Origin: Acidobacteriota bacterium
GTDB taxonomy: Bacteria; Acidobacteriota; UBA6911; JACQSX01
Assembly: GCA_036507075.1 (NCBI GenBank)
Contig: DASXQR010000083.1
Span: 32,001 to 96,000, forward strand
Length of the DNA: 64,000 nucleotides
Direction: 5' to 3'
Position 1 is the stretch's first letter, and each line of letters opens with the position of its first letter. Positions 48,371 to 59,381 of the stretch are shown here, one piece after another. The position numbers and the translations under genes were made by a program. The notes beneath the pieces are model-generated. The model had not been told where the DNA came from. It saw only the letters and a program-made list of their open reading frames with translations, and did no database searches.

Positions 48371-49519
48371 ATGGGTTGTCTACTAAGACTGGCACTGGAT
48401 AATTCGCTGCCTCTGCTGGCCGGAACATCGGCGGCCCTTCTATGGGCAAATCTCGACCCCGGAGTCTACCAATCGGTGTCGGAACCGTTGCATTTTGTCG
48501 TAAACGAAATCGGAATGGTATTCTTCTTCGCCCTGGCCGCAAAGGAAGTCTGCGAAGCGTTGTTGCCCGCAGGACCCTTGGCGTCGTTGAGCCGAGCCGC
48601 CCTGCCGTTGATGGCGACAGTGGGAGGAATGGTCGGCCCCGCCAGCCTCTATCTTCTCGGTGCCTGGTTCTTCGGACATAATGAGTTAGCAAGGGGCTGG
48701 GCGATTCCTTGCGCGACTGATATCGCATTCAGCTACTTGACAACGCGAGCAATATTTGGGGCGAAGCATCCGGCAGTCATTTTCCTGCTGTTGCTGGCAC
48801 TTGCTGACGACGCATTGGGACTCGTCATTCTCGCCTCGTTTTATCCGACTTCCAGCATCAATCTGTTCTGGCTCGCTCTGCTCGCAGGCGGAGGAGTCGG
48901 GCTCGGTCTGCTCCTAAAAAAGACCGGATGGCAATCCTTTTGGATCTATCTATTCGGGCCGGGTGTACTAACCTGGATCGGCTTCTATCTTGGTGGAATT
49001 CATCCAGCGCTGGCTCTTGTCCCAGTTGTATTTTGCATGCCGCATGAGTCCAGGGATCTCGGGATCTTTGACGACCGCGAGGTTGGTCAGAGCGATACAC
49101 TCAGCAGATTAGAGCGCTGGTGGAAAGATCCCGTCCAGGTCATATTAGGCCTTTTCGGCTTTGCCAACGCGGGAGTAGAGCTGACTGCTACCGGGCCCGC
49201 GACATGGCTTGTGCTGGGCGGACTGCTGCTCGGCAAACCTCTTGGCATTCTTCTAGCGACGCGGCTCGGAGCATTATTCGGATTGCGTCTGCCGGACGGG
49301 ATCGGTTGGAAAGATCTGAGCGTGGTTTCTGCTGCGGCAAGCATTGGGTTCACTGTCGCGCTTTTTGTCTCCACGGTGGCGTTTGCATTCGGTACGGCGC
49401 TGGACCACGCAAAAATGGGCGCGCTGCTGAGCCTTGTTGCAGCACCTCTTTCCATAATTCTGGCAAAAATTCTGGGAGTGAAAAAAAGGAGACTTCATCG
49501 TCTTTTTCAATTCTCATAA
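48371..49519 (+). CDS. nhaA: Na+/H+ antiporter NhaA family
   Basis: GWAIPCATDIAF, LALADDALG, FGFANAGV, GKPLGI, IGFTVALF. Confidence 0.92.
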   Translation: MGCLLRLALDNSLPLLAGTSAALLWANLDPGVYQSVSEPLHFVVNEIGMVFFFALAAKEVCEALLPAGPLASLSRAALPLMATVGGMVGPASLYLLGAWFFGHNELARGWAIPCATDIAFSYLTTRAIFGAKHPAVIFLLLLALADDALGLVILASFYPTSSINLFWLALLAGGGVGLGLLLKKTGWQSFWIYLFGPGVLTWIGFYLGGIHPALALVPVVFCMPHESRDLGIFDDREVGQSDTLSRLERWWKDPVQVILGLFGFANAGVELTATGPATWLVLGGLLLGKPLGILLATRLGALFGLRLPDGIGWKDLSVVSAAASIGFTVALFVSTVAFAFGTALDHAKMGALLSLVAAPLSIILAKILGVKKRRLHRLFQFS

Positions 49520-49607
49520 TGCTCCACACCGCTTTCGGCGCTTTACTGACATGGCGAGCGACCGCCTGAAGCAACGCAAATCAGATGCCAGGATTTCCGT
49601 CGGAGTG

Positions 49608-49776
49608 CTACAGAGGCGGGAAACAGGTTTTCCAGCATTGCGGGCGAATCTACAACCTTGAAAAAGGCCTGAATCACGGCCTCAACCGGTCCTTATTGGC
49701 CCCGCTGTGTCAGGCGGATTTTCATGAGCGTTCAGTGCGCCTTTTCACCCATGCTGGAGGCAAATCACACGCGTTG
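49608..49776 (+). repeat. Degenerate direct repeat, copy 2
   Basis: Aligns to 47465-47633. Confidence 0.8.
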
Positions 49777-49863
49777 CGGCCCGTTGACCGATCCCACAGC
49801 GCGGAATCTCCTTGCCCGAAGCGTGAATAGAAGCTAATTTTCACACGGGGTAAAGTCCCGTAT

Positions 49864-49878
49864 TGGATCGCGAGTTGC
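49864..49878 (+). promoter_or_regulatory. Sigma54 -24/-12 promoter
   Basis: TGGATCGCGAGTTGC upstream of the hemerythrin-oxidoreductase operon. Confidence 0.55.
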
Positions 49879-49901
49879 GTTACTGTAGTGTCGAAAAATC
49901 T

Positions 49902-50333
49902 ATGAAACGAAGCGAAAAGCTAAGAAAGTTGTCCGAAGATCACCATCATGGTCTGGTGGTGGCGATGGTCCTAAAGGGTGAAAGAAAGCTTCCCGAGGCG
50001 CTCGGCTGGAATGGGCCTCTGCGCACGATCCGTGCCCGCCTGCTGTCCTTTTGGGATACAGACCTGCAAAAACATTTTCGGCAGGAGGAAGAGGAAGTAT
50101 TTCCCGCCGCCGATTTAATCTCACCCGCCGCGCATGCACTTTGCGAGTCTCTCCGCTCTGAGCATCAGGTAATCAGGCAGCAGATCGGTAATATCCGAGC
50201 TGCTAACGAAAAGGATCTGGCGCCGTTACTGGCCGGTCTGGGAAATATTCTGGAACAGCACATCCGAAAGGAAGAGCGCGAGCTGTTTGAGCTGATAGAA
50301 GCAGCGGGTGTGGAGGATATGAAGGACAGCTGA
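49902..50333 (+). CDS. Hemerythrin-like (HHE) domain protein
   Basis: SEDHHH, HFRQEEEEVFP, EH, HIRKEERELF. Confidence 0.85.
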   Translation: MKRSEKLRKLSEDHHHGLVVAMVLKGERKLPEALGWNGPLRTIRARLLSFWDTDLQKHFRQEEEEVFPAADLISPAAHALCESLRSEHQVIRQQIGNIRAANEKDLAPLLAGLGNILEQHIRKEERELFELIEAAGVEDMKDS

Positions 50334-51370
50334 TGTTCAGGACGATCAATATCCGCGCATTGGCAGTCGCTGCGCTGACAACACTTATTCTGGTGCTGAT
50401 GATCGTCGCCGGTTCGCGCAATCTTCAGAACTTCGACGCAGCGCTTGTCGGTTATCTGTTCGCCACGATTTTTGCGGTTTTTGGAATCACCTACCGATAT
50501 GCGGTCTGGCTGCAAAGACCCCCTACACGCTTGTACTGGCGCCGCGGTTGGCAACTGCTGTTTTCGCGGCATCTGGTCGGCGGCGTCAAAGCTATTATCC
50601 GAAGCATAACGACCGACTACATAGCACAGCGGTTCATCGCCAGAAGATCGTGGCCCCGGTGGGCGGTTCATTTTCTGCTCGCTTGGGGATGTATCATCGC
50701 GTTCGCGGTCACCTTTCCGCTTGTTTTCGGGTGGATTCATTTTGAGACTCTCCCAGGATCTCCGATTCAATATCGGACCTTCATCTTTGGGTTTCCAGCG
50801 ATGCGTTTCTATGTTCAATCGGTGCTGGCGTGGAACATATTCCACGCTCTCGACTGGGCGGCCGTGATGGTGGTTGCCGGCGTCGTTTTCGCCGTCAGAA
50901 GACGACTCGTCGACCCCGGCCTGCTTGCAACGCAGACATTTTCTCGTGACTGGCTGCCACTCATAATTCTGTTTGCGGTCTCGATCACGGGTCTTCTTCT
51001 GACGGCGAGCGCGATGTGGATGAAAGGGGCGCACTACAGCTTTCTGGCGCTGACGCACGAAATTACAGTGATTTTCTTCTTAATCTGGCTGCCCTTCGGG
51101 AAGTTCTTTCATATTTTCCAGCGCCCGGCTCAATTGGGAGTTTCCGTCTACAAGCAGGCAGGCAGTGATCTGCCTGCAGCACGGTGCGCGCGCTGCGGAA
51201 CAGAATACGCCTCAACCCTGCATGTGAACGATCTTAAACAAGTAACAAAAGAACTTGGGATGGATTACGAATATTCCTCAAACGACCATCATCTTGATCT
51301 CTGCCCTGCCTGCAAGAGGGCTCGCTATGCCGAGTCTCACATGCAGGCGAAGAGAGGGCAAGCGTTCTAA
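50333..51370 (+). CDS. NarI-like polytopic membrane protein with C-terminal CxxC...CxxC
   Basis: Multiple TMs, conserved His ([21 protein letters not shown]), CARC and CPAC. Confidence 0.75.
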   Translation: MFRTINIRALAVAALTTLILVLMIVAGSRNLQNFDAALVGYLFATIFAVFGITYRYAVWLQRPPTRLYWRRGWQLLFSRHLVGGVKAIIRSITTDYIAQRFIARRSWPRWAVHFLLAWGCIIAFAVTFPLVFGWIHFETLPGSPIQYRTFIFGFPAMRFYVQSVLAWNIFHALDWAAVMVVAGVVFAVRRRLVDPGLLATQTFSRDWLPLIILFAVSITGLLLTASAMWMKGAHYSFLALTHEITVIFFLIWLPFGKFFHIFQRPAQLGVSVYKQAGSDLPAARCARCGTEYASTLHVNDLKQVTKELGMDYEYSSNDHHLDLCPACKRARYAESHMQAKRGQAF

Positions 51371-51377
51371 ATCACTT

Positions 51378-53549
51378 ATGGCAAAACTGCCTCAGACCGG
51401 AGACGAATTAATCAAGATTTACGGACCCCACCTGAATTACCCGCGCAAGGAGTCGGGCGTCGCTTCCGATGTACCTGACCATCTGGTTCAAACTCATTGC
51501 TGCTTCTGCGGAATGCAGTGCGGTATCCAGCTCAAGGTTAAGGACAATCGCGTTGTCGGTTTTGAACCCTGGGAAGAATTCCCATTCAACGAGGGGCGGT
51601 TGTGCCCGAAAGGTGTGCAGCGTTATTTGCAGAACGAGCACCCGGACAGGCTGCTGCACCCGCTGATCCGCTCTGACGCGGGATTCCGGCCTGGAAGCTG
51701 GGACGAAGCGATGACAAAGACGGCGGCTGAAATCCGCCGCATCCAGGACAAATACGGCAAGAACGCTTTCGCGATGCTTTCCGGTGTGTCGCTGAATAAT
51801 GAGAAATCTTATCTGGTCGGCAAGTTTGCCCGCGTGGCACTGCAAACCGCCAATCTTGATTATAACGGCAGGCTCTGCATGGTGAGCGCAGGGGCGGGAA
51901 ACAAGAAAGCCTTCGGCATCGACCGCGCCGCCAACCCCTGGAGCGACTTGCTGCACAGTAATCTGATTTTCATCGCCGGCAGCAACGTGGGCGAGTGTTT
52001 TCCCACTTTGACCGATTACATCTGGAAGGCGCGCGATCGCGGCGCTCGTCTCATTGTTGTAGATCCGCGCGAGACCCCGGTAGCGCGCACCGCCGATCTT
52101 CATGTGGCGATCCGTCCGGGAAGAGACCTGGCCCTGATGAATGCAATCCTGAGCCTGCTTATTCAGTGGAACCGCCTGGACCACGAGTTCATCGCTCATC
52201 ACACCACCGGATTTGAAAGCGTGCGCCAGGCGGCCACTGAAATGAGCCTCTCGGACGCGGCTCACCTGTGCGGCGTTCCCGAGGGCCAGATAATCAAGGC
52301 TGCACAAATGTGGTCGGATGCCAAAAACTCCATCCTGCTGCATGCGCGCGGGATCGAACACCATACCAAGGGCGTGGACAACGTACTCAGTTGCATCAAC
52401 CTGGTCCTGGCAACCGGCCGGCTTGGACGTAAGGGATGCGGCTACGGAACGATCACCGGCCAGGGCAATGGACAGGGAGGCCGCGAGCACGGCCATAAGT
52501 GTGACCAGCTTCCTGGAAACCGCGACATAGAGAACCCCGAACACCGCAAATACATCTCTGACGTCTGGGGCATTCGGGAAGAAGACCTTCCGCGTAAGGG
52601 ACTGAGTGCGCAGGAAATCGTGGATGCGATACATAAAGGCGAGATCCGCGGCCTGCTCTCCATCTGTTTTAACCCGCTCGTATCGCTTCCCGACACCAGC
52701 CACACGCGCCAGGCACTGGAGAAACTCGAGTTCTATGCCGCAATCGACTTTTTCCTGAATGAGACGGCGCATCATGCCGACGTGGTTTTCCCGGGTTCGC
52801 TGCACGAGGAGGACGATGGCACCAGCACCAGCGCTGAGGCGCGCGTGATTCGCTGCCGTAAAGCCGTCGATCCTCCCGGTGAGGCGCGCCAGGATTGGAA
52901 GATTCTCTGCGAGATAGCCGATCGACTCGGCCGTGGAAAGCATTTTGATTACCAGTCATCGGAGCGGATTTTTGAGGAACTGAGAATCGCCTCGCGCGGC
53001 GGAACGGCAGATTATTACGGCATCACTTATGACAAGATTGAGAAAAACTACGGAGTCTTCTGGCCCTGTCCTTCGGAAGATCATCCCGGCACTCCGCGCC
53101 TGTTTGAGGACCGGCGCTCGTATCATCCGGACGGAAAGTTTCATTTTCAAGCCGTCCGTTACCGTCCATCGGCGGAAGAGACTGACGCCGAATTTCCGGT
53201 TGTTCTAACTACCGGCCGCGTAGTGTCGCAGTATCTCAGCGGAACGCAAACGCGTCGCATCGGGATGCTCGTAGATCAGTATCCTGAGCCCAGGCTGGAG
53301 ATACATCCTCATCTGGCGGCGCGCTATGGAATCGCCACGGGCGACTTGGTCAGAGTGACCAGCCGGCGCGGCAGCATGGAGCTGCCGGCCCTGGTCACAG
53401 AGACCATTCGAGCCGATACGGTCTTCATTCCATATCATTGGCCTGGAAAGCAGGCGGCCAATCAGTTGACGCAGCGCGCGCTCGATCCTGTTTCCAAAAT
53501 CCCTGAATTCAAGGTTTCCGCAGTCCGGTTGCAGAAGGTGGCGCGATGA
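51378..53549 (+). CDS. Molybdopterin oxidoreductase, Nas/Nap-like nitrate reductase catalytic subunit
   Basis: CCFCGMQC...LCPKG 4Fe-4S, RLCMVSA Mo-Cys, [25 protein letters not shown]; no Tat signal. Confidence 0.88.
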   Translation: MAKLPQTGDELIKIYGPHLNYPRKESGVASDVPDHLVQTHCCFCGMQCGIQLKVKDNRVVGFEPWEEFPFNEGRLCPKGVQRYLQNEHPDRLLHPLIRSDAGFRPGSWDEAMTKTAAEIRRIQDKYGKNAFAMLSGVSLNNEKSYLVGKFARVALQTANLDYNGRLCMVSAGAGNKKAFGIDRAANPWSDLLHSNLIFIAGSNVGECFPTLTDYIWKARDRGARLIVVDPRETPVARTADLHVAIRPGRDLALMNAILSLLIQWNRLDHEFIAHHTTGFESVRQAATEMSLSDAAHLCGVPEGQIIKAAQMWSDAKNSILLHARGIEHHTKGVDNVLSCINLVLATGRLGRKGCGYGTITGQGNGQGGREHGHKCDQLPGNRDIENPEHRKYISDVWGIREEDLPRKGLSAQEIVDAIHKGEIRGLLSICFNPLVSLPDTSHTRQALEKLEFYAAIDFFLNETAHHADVVFPGSLHEEDDGTSTSAEARVIRCRKAVDPPGEARQDWKILCEIADRLGRGKHFDYQSSERIFEELRIASRGGTADYYGITYDKIEKNYGVFWPCPSEDHPGTPRLFEDRRSYHPDGKFHFQAVRYRPSAEETDAEFPVVLTTGRVVSQYLSGTQTRRIGMLVDQYPEPRLEIHPHLAARYGIATGDLVRVTSRRGSMELPALVTETIRADTVFIPYHWPGKQAANQLTQRALDPVSKIPEFKVSAVRLQKVAR

Positions 53550-54112
53550 GCGAAGCGGAATTCTTCGTTGACCCGCAACGCTGCATCGGGTGCCACGCGT
53601 GCGAAACGGCATGTGCGGAATGCGGCACGCACAAAGGTCTGCCGATGATCCACGTCGACTATGTAGACCGGTCGAGATCGACACAGACCGTTCCAATGGT
53701 CTGCATGCATTGCGAAGACCCCGCCTGTGCTCAGGTATGTCCTGCGTACGCCATTCAAAAAACCGCCGATGGGGTAGTGCACTCAGCGACGACGCCGCGC
53801 TGCATCGGGTGCTCAAACTGCGTGCTCGCTTGTCCGTTTGGAGTACCGAAGTACATGGCAGGAATGGACCTGATGATGAAATGCGACATGTGTTATGACC
53901 GCACTTCGATAGGAAAGCGGCCGATGTGTGCGACGGTCTGTCCCACGGGCGCGCTCTGGTACGGTTCGCGTGAACAGCTTCAGAAGGAGCGCAGGAGCGT
54001 TCCAGTGAATCAGTTCCGGTTCGGCGGTCAGTTGGTACGTACAAGAGTTCATGTGATGGTCCACTCAGGCGAGACGCTGGTGCAGATAAAGGGAGTGAAT
54101 TTGCGAGGGTAG
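53546..54112 (+). CDS. 4Fe-4S dicluster protein (DmsB/NrfC-like)
   Basis: [44 protein letters not shown]. Confidence 0.93.
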   Translation: MSEAEFFVDPQRCIGCHACETACAECGTHKGLPMIHVDYVDRSRSTQTVPMVCMHCEDPACAQVCPAYAIQKTADGVVHSATTPRCIGCSNCVLACPFGVPKYMAGMDLMMKCDMCYDRTSIGKRPMCATVCPTGALWYGSREQLQKERRSVPVNQFRFGGQLVRTRVHVMVHSGETLVQIKGVNLRG

Positions 54113-54637
54113 GTGACGGATATGAGACCCCAATCGGTTGAGACTCCCAGGTCGGCGGAGCCCAAATGGAAAAATGATTTTCCGCTGGATTACGGCGAAG
54201 ATGAACACGTTAGTCGCCGCGAGTTTGCCAAGTTTCTGGTACTCACAAGTTTGGGTCTCTTTGTCGGAAATTGCTGGATTGCGTTAAAGCAATGGTTCGG
54301 CCCGTCGAAAGGCGGCTTTCCTCAAATACGGATTGCCGCATTGGATCAGATTCGCATTGGAGAAATGCTTCAGTTCCGATACCCCGATGAAAAGTCACCG
54401 GCCATTCTGATCAGGCTTTCGGAAACAGAACTAGTCGCCTATGGGCAGAAGTGCACCCACCTGTCCTGCGCGGTTTACTGGGAACCGGGGGATGGAAGGA
54501 TCGCCTGTCCCTGCCATCACGGCTTTTTCGATGTGCGCGATGGCCATGTTTTGGCCGGCCCGCCGCCCCGTTCCCTGCCGCGCATTCCGCTCAGAATCCA
54601 GGGAGCAGACATCTTTGCCACGGGAGTGGAAATATGA
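54113..54637 (+). CDS. Rieske 2Fe-2S protein with Tat-like anchor
   Basis: SRREF followed by TM; CTHLSC and CPCHHG. Confidence 0.92.
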   Translation: MTDMRPQSVETPRSAEPKWKNDFPLDYGEDEHVSRREFAKFLVLTSLGLFVGNCWIALKQWFGPSKGGFPQIRIAALDQIRIGEMLQFRYPDEKSPAILIRLSETELVAYGQKCTHLSCAVYWEPGDGRIACPCHHGFFDVRDGHVLAGPPPRSLPRIPLRIQGADIFATGVEI

Positions 54638-54864
54638 GTGATATTAAGGACGCGCAGAAGAACATTACTGCCCAGAAGCGCAATGCCATTCTGGCTGGAA
54701 TCATCAGCATTCTTTGCATATTCGTGATCGCCCAGGTGTGGTTGCTAACCGCCGCTCTGGAAGCTTACCTGGCTGGAAACCCGGACGTTGCCATACCTGC
54801 GGCACTGGTCGCGGCAGGTTGCTTTGCGCTTGCCGCAGGATTGCTTCGGTACCTGCCTGATTAG
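54634..54864 (+). CDS. Small two-TM membrane protein
   Basis: QVWLLTAALEAYLAG; overlaps Rieske stop. Confidence 0.75.
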   Translation: MSDIKDAQKNITAQKRNAILAGIISILCIFVIAQVWLLTAALEAYLAGNPDVAIPAALVAAGCFALAAGLLRYLPD

Positions 54865-54886
54865 CTAGTTGCTAATGAAGGTTGTG

Positions 54887-56065
54887 ATGAAAGACTCGAA
54901 CAGGAACTTGACGCTCTCCACGCTTGCCTTTGCTGTGACCTTTTCCTGTTGGGGCTTGATCGCTGCGCTGGCGCCTCTCTTCAAGACCTCATTCGGTTTG
55001 AGTGCGACACAGGTTGGAATAATGGTGGCGATACCGGTCCTTCTCGGGTCTGTAGGGAGGTTGGGCGCAGGGTGGCTTGCGGACCGTTTCGGAGCAAGAA
55101 GCGTTATGGCGTTCCTGCTGATTTTTGGAACGATCCCACCGCTTGCGCTGAGCTTTGTTCGTTCTTACGAAGCGGTCCTCTTCTGGGGTTTTTTCCTCGG
55201 CGCGGCGGGAACTTCGTTCCCCGTCGGAGTCGCGCTTGTGTCGCGTTGCTTCCCAAAGGAGCGGGCCGGGTTTGCCCTGGGTGTTTACGGGGCAGGTAAC
55301 ATCGGGCAGTCGATCGCCGTGTTTTTTGCGCCGGTGCTGGCGCGCGGCGTCGGTCCGGATTGGACTTTCCGGGCATTTGCGCTGCTATCGGCCCTCGGCG
55401 GGATGCTGGTCTGGCTCCTGATGAAAGAACCTGACCACGGTCGTCCTCAAATGAACTGGCGTGAAACGGCGGCTGTTTTTCGCGAGAGGAAAACCTTTAT
55501 TCTGAGTCTGTTCTATTTTTTGACTTTTGGCGGCTTTATCGCGCTTGGGATCTTTCTGCCCACATTGTTGCGTGAAATGTTCAGCCTTTCAGCCGCTGAC
55601 GCCGGCGCGCGAACCGCAGGGTTTGTGCTTGTCGCCACACTTGCGCGTCCTCTGGGTGGATGGCTCAGCGACAGTTGGGGAGGTCAGCGGATGCTCATGT
55701 TCGTCTTCGGAGGACTTGCAGCCATAGCGTGGTTGATGTTCAGTCACAACATAGTCCTTTTCACCTTTTCGGCCCTCGGCTCCGCCCTGTTGCTGGGCCT
55801 GGGCAATGGTGCCGTTTTTAAACTGGTGCCCGAGTACTTTCCGGTACGCACCGGCACGGTAACCGGCATCGTGGGCGCAACGGGTGGATTGGGCGGGTTC
55901 TTCCCACCACTGGTGCTGGGCATGTTCCGAGACCAGTTTGGAAGTTACGGCCCTGGATTTTTGCTGCTCAGTGCGTTCGCCGCGGCATGTCTGTTGATCA
56001 ACTGGACTGCAACATCAACACCGGCAAGGACCAGAAACATGGATCCGATGTCGGCGCGGCGATGA
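54887..56065 (+). CDS. narK: NarK/NasA family nitrate/nitrite MFS transporter
   Basis: GSVGRL..GWLADRFG, GAGNIG, YFLTFGGF, GNGAVFK, GGLGGFFPP. Confidence 0.9.
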   Translation: MKDSNRNLTLSTLAFAVTFSCWGLIAALAPLFKTSFGLSATQVGIMVAIPVLLGSVGRLGAGWLADRFGARSVMAFLLIFGTIPPLALSFVRSYEAVLFWGFFLGAAGTSFPVGVALVSRCFPKERAGFALGVYGAGNIGQSIAVFFAPVLARGVGPDWTFRAFALLSALGGMLVWLLMKEPDHGRPQMNWRETAAVFRERKTFILSLFYFLTFGGFIALGIFLPTLLREMFSLSAADAGARTAGFVLVATLARPLGGWLSDSWGGQRMLMFVFGGLAAIAWLMFSHNIVLFTFSALGSALLLGLGNGAVFKLVPEYFPVRTGTVTGIVGATGGLGGFFPPLVLGMFRDQFGSYGPGFLLLSAFAAACLLINWTATSTPARTRNMDPMSARR

Positions 56066-56375
56066 TTAGAACCACAATCATGGTGCTGGTAACCTGATCC
56101 CTCATCCTGCGTGGCCGCCGGCAGCCATCACCAGAGTTGGGATCGCATTCCTGGTGGGTAAGGCACCGGCAGCGGGCTTTCGGGGAAGCTCTTGCCAAAC
56201 GGGAGGAGCGTGGGCGGCATCAGTGATTCCATACGAGCATCATGCCCTCGATCAATGCCATTATTGCAATGCCGGCGGCGAAATGCGCTGAGGCGCGATC
56301 TGCCGCCGGTATTTTTTGAGAGAAGGCGGCCGGATGGAGAAAGTACTAAAGATTCTCCTCAGGTAAATCGTCATC

Positions 56376-56792
56376 TCAGAAGACGTGTTTCACGTTCTCG
56401 CCTTGAATCATTACCTCCTCGATTGTCGTCTCCTTTGCCGGATTGGTGCCAAACCGAACTTCGGTGGCCTTTGCTTTTATCTCCAGAGGCTGGACATGAC
56501 ACTTCAGTCTCGTGATCTCCTTGTCTGTGGGTTTCTCCCACCCGGCGTGACGGCGCTCAACGATCGGCTTAAAGATGATACTGTGGCTCTCACCGACCGA
56601 TTTGTGCTGAAGCTGATAGAGACCCGGTTGTAACAGGACTTCTCCTACGCGGACTGGCGAGCTGAAAGTGATCTCGCCCTTATTTCCCACGCGCACGGTC
56701 CCGGGCCGCTCGGCTAACAGTGGAATACAAAAGCTTCCCAGAAGAGTCATAAGCAAAGCCCCTTTTGAAAAGTATTTCTTTCCGTAATTCAT
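56376..56792 (-). CDS. Small exported beta-rich hypothetical protein
   Basis: Signal peptide, AGAGG RBS, GEITFSSPVRVG..LQPGLY. Confidence 0.7.
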   Translation of the reverse strand: MNYGKKYFSKGALLMTLLGSFCIPLLAERPGTVRVGNKGEITFSSPVRVGEVLLQPGLYQLQHKSVGESHSIIFKPIVERRHAGWEKPTDKEITRLKCHVQPLEIKAKATEVRFGTNPAKETTIEEVMIQGENVKHVF

Positions 56793-56842
56793 GAATCCTC
56801 TCTTTCCTTTCTGTGTATCACCTTGCTTCATCCGGATGAATA

Positions 56843-56857
56843 GCAATCGCGATGCCA
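56843..56857 (-). promoter_or_regulatory. Sigma54 -24/-12 promoter
   Basis: TGGCATCGCGATTGC. Confidence 0.7.
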
Positions 56858-56978
56858 GTTTGGTCCGCGGTTGTTTGCCCGGGAATTTCGGATAGAGGGT
56901 CTGGAGTGCCGAAGGAAAGTACTGCGTGAAATCGCGCATCACTGCGTGTTTTCCAGCAGGCACCCGAAAAGCGCGGCG

Positions 56979-59342
56979 TTAATACGGCCACTTCCAGTCG
57001 CGAATCTCAGGCATGTCGTCGCCGTATTTACAAATGTACTGCTTATGTTCGAGGAGCTTGTCACGCATGGCTTGCTTGACATAGGCAGCCTTTGAACCTA
57101 ACTTCGGTAGGCGCTCTATAACGTCTTCAACCAGGTGGAAGCGGTCGAGGTCGTTAAGAACCGTCATGTCAAACGGCGTCGTGGTCGTGCCCTCCTCTTT
57201 GTATCCACGCACGTGAAGGTTGCGGTGATTTGTGCGACGGTAGGCCAGCCGGTGAATCAACCAGGGATAACCATGAAAGGCGAACACGACAGGCCTGTCA
57301 GTTGTAAAGAGCGAATCGAAATCTTTGTCAGACAACCCGTGCGGATGCTCCCGCGCGGGTTGGAGTGTCATCAAATCGACGACGTTGACCACGCGAACCC
57401 GTAGTTCCGGAAAGCGGTGACGGAGGATATCCACCGCCGCAAGTGTTTCCAGCGTCGCAATGTCGCCGGCACACGCCATCACAACGTCCGGCTCTGCACC
57501 TTCGTCGTTGCTTGCCCATTTCCAAATGCCTATACCTGCGGTGCAGTGTTTGATGGCGGCATCCATATCGAGATATTGCAGCGCAGGTTGCTTGCCCGCC
57601 ACAATGACATTCACGTAGTGGCGGCTCCTCAGGCAATGGTCCGTCACGGAGAGGAGCGTGTTGGCGTCGGGCGGAAAATAGACACGAACGATTTCCGCCT
57701 TCTTGTTGACGACATGATCGATAAAGCCGGGATCCTGGTGGCTGAAGCCGTTGTGATCCTGCCGCCAGACATGCGAGGTGAGCAGATAGTTGAGAGAAGC
57801 AATCGGACGGCGCCACGGAATATGACGCGTCACTTTCAGCCACTTGGCATGCTGGTTGAACATGGAATCAACGATGTGAATAAACGCCTCGTAACAGGAG
57901 AAAAAGCCATGCCGACCGGTGAGCAGGTAACCTTCCAGCCAGCCCTGGCACATATGTTCGCTCAAGACCTCCATTACCCGCCCGTCAGGTGAGATATGGT
58001 CGTCGCCGGGCGAAATACTGCCGGTGAAAACTCGGTCGGTCACCTCAAACACTGCACCCAAGCGGTTTGAGGCTGTTTCGTCCGGGCCCATCAAGCGGAA
58101 ATTACGACTTTCGGCGTTACACTTGATAACGTCGCGAAGGAATCGTCCCATCACGCGTGTGGCTTCTGCCTCCAGGGTGCCTGGGTTCGGGACATCGACG
58201 GCGTAGTCGCGAAAATCCGGCAGCTTTAAATCCTTAAGGAGCAGCCCTCCATTGGCGTGGGGGTTGGCACCCATGCGAAGCCTTCCTCGGGGCGCAAGTT
58301 CTGCAAGCTCCGGCACAAGCCGCCCGTTTTCATCGAATAGTTCTTCGGGCTTGTAGCTGCGCATCCACTGTTCAAGCATCTTTAGATGTTCCGGCTTGCT
58401 TGCCAGCTCTGCCAGCGGAACCTGGTGGGAGCGGAACGAATTCTCTGTTGGCAAACCATCAACGATCTTTGGCCCGGTCCAACCTTTTGGCGTACGCAGC
58501 ACGATCATCGGCCACCGCTGACGGCGGAAGAAGCCATTGGTTCGGGCGTCTCTCTGAATTGCCTGGATCTCGGCGAGCACTGAGTCGAGTGTGTGCGCCA
58601 TGAGTTGATGCATCTTTTCCGGCTCGTTGCCCTCGACAAAGTATGGCGTGTAGCCATAACCGACAAAAAGGCTTGTCAGCTCTTCGTCGTTGAGCCGCGC
58701 CAGGAGGGTGGGATTGGCAATCTTGTAGCCATTCAAATGCAGAATGGGCAAAACGGCGCCGTCATGCACCGGATTGAGGAACTTGTTGGAATGCCAGCTC
58801 GCGGCCAGGGGGCCTGTCTCCGCTTCACCGTCGCCGATGACGCAAGCTGCCAGTAAGTCGGGATTGTCGAACACGGCACCGTAGGCGTGAACCAGCGCGT
58901 AACCAAGTTCGCCACCTTCATGGATTGATCCGGGGGTTTCCGGTGCCACGTGGCTCGGAATGCCGCCGGGGAATGAAAACTGTGTAAAAAGCTTTTTCAG
59001 CCCCTCGGTATCCTGCGAGATGCTGGGATAAACCTCGCTGTATGTTCCCTCCAGGTAAGTGTTGGCGACCAGACCGGGGCCGCCATGGCCCGGGCCGGTG
59101 ATGTAGAGAACATTCAGATCATGCGCCTTAATCAGGCGATTAAGATGCGCGTAAATGAAATTAAGCCCCGGCGTCGTCCCCCAGTGGCCAAGCAGTCTCG
59201 GCTTGATGTGGCAAAGCTCCAGGGGCTTACGCAGCAGAGGATTGTCGTACAGGTAAATTTGACCAACCGAAAGATAATTCGCCGCTCGCCAGTAGGCATT
59301 TATCTTCCGTACTTCCTCTGCAGTTAAGGGTGTTTCTTTCAT
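56979..59342 (-). CDS. xfp: Xylulose-5-phosphate/fructose-6-phosphate phosphoketolase
   Basis: [46 protein letters not shown]. Confidence 0.97.
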   Translation of the reverse strand: MKETPLTAEEVRKINAYWRAANYLSVGQIYLYDNPLLRKPLELCHIKPRLLGHWGTTPGLNFIYAHLNRLIKAHDLNVLYITGPGHGGPGLVANTYLEGTYSEVYPSISQDTEGLKKLFTQFSFPGGIPSHVAPETPGSIHEGGELGYALVHAYGAVFDNPDLLAACVIGDGEAETGPLAASWHSNKFLNPVHDGAVLPILHLNGYKIANPTLLARLNDEELTSLFVGYGYTPYFVEGNEPEKMHQLMAHTLDSVLAEIQAIQRDARTNGFFRRQRWPMIVLRTPKGWTGPKIVDGLPTENSFRSHQVPLAELASKPEHLKMLEQWMRSYKPEELFDENGRLVPELAELAPRGRLRMGANPHANGGLLLKDLKLPDFRDYAVDVPNPGTLEAEATRVMGRFLRDVIKCNAESRNFRLMGPDETASNRLGAVFEVTDRVFTGSISPGDDHISPDGRVMEVLSEHMCQGWLEGYLLTGRHGFFSCYEAFIHIVDSMFNQHAKWLKVTRHIPWRRPIASLNYLLTSHVWRQDHNGFSHQDPGFIDHVVNKKAEIVRVYFPPDANTLLSVTDHCLRSRHYVNVIVAGKQPALQYLDMDAAIKHCTAGIGIWKWASNDEGAEPDVVMACAGDIATLETLAAVDILRHRFPELRVRVVNVVDLMTLQPAREHPHGLSDKDFDSLFTTDRPVVFAFHGYPWLIHRLAYRRTNHRNLHVRGYKEEGTTTTPFDMTVLNDLDRFHLVEDVIERLPKLGSKAAYVKQAMRDKLLEHKQYICKYGDDMPEIRDWKWPY

Positions 59343-59381
59343 CTCACGATAACGCTCTGCTGGAGCCGATGTAAATCTTAC

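Noticed and set aside
51408..52943. 511-aa antisense ORF (likewise 4176-5423, 22313-23620, 27184-28290)
   Set aside because: Each overlaps a well-supported gene on the opposite strand and shows no recognisable protein features.
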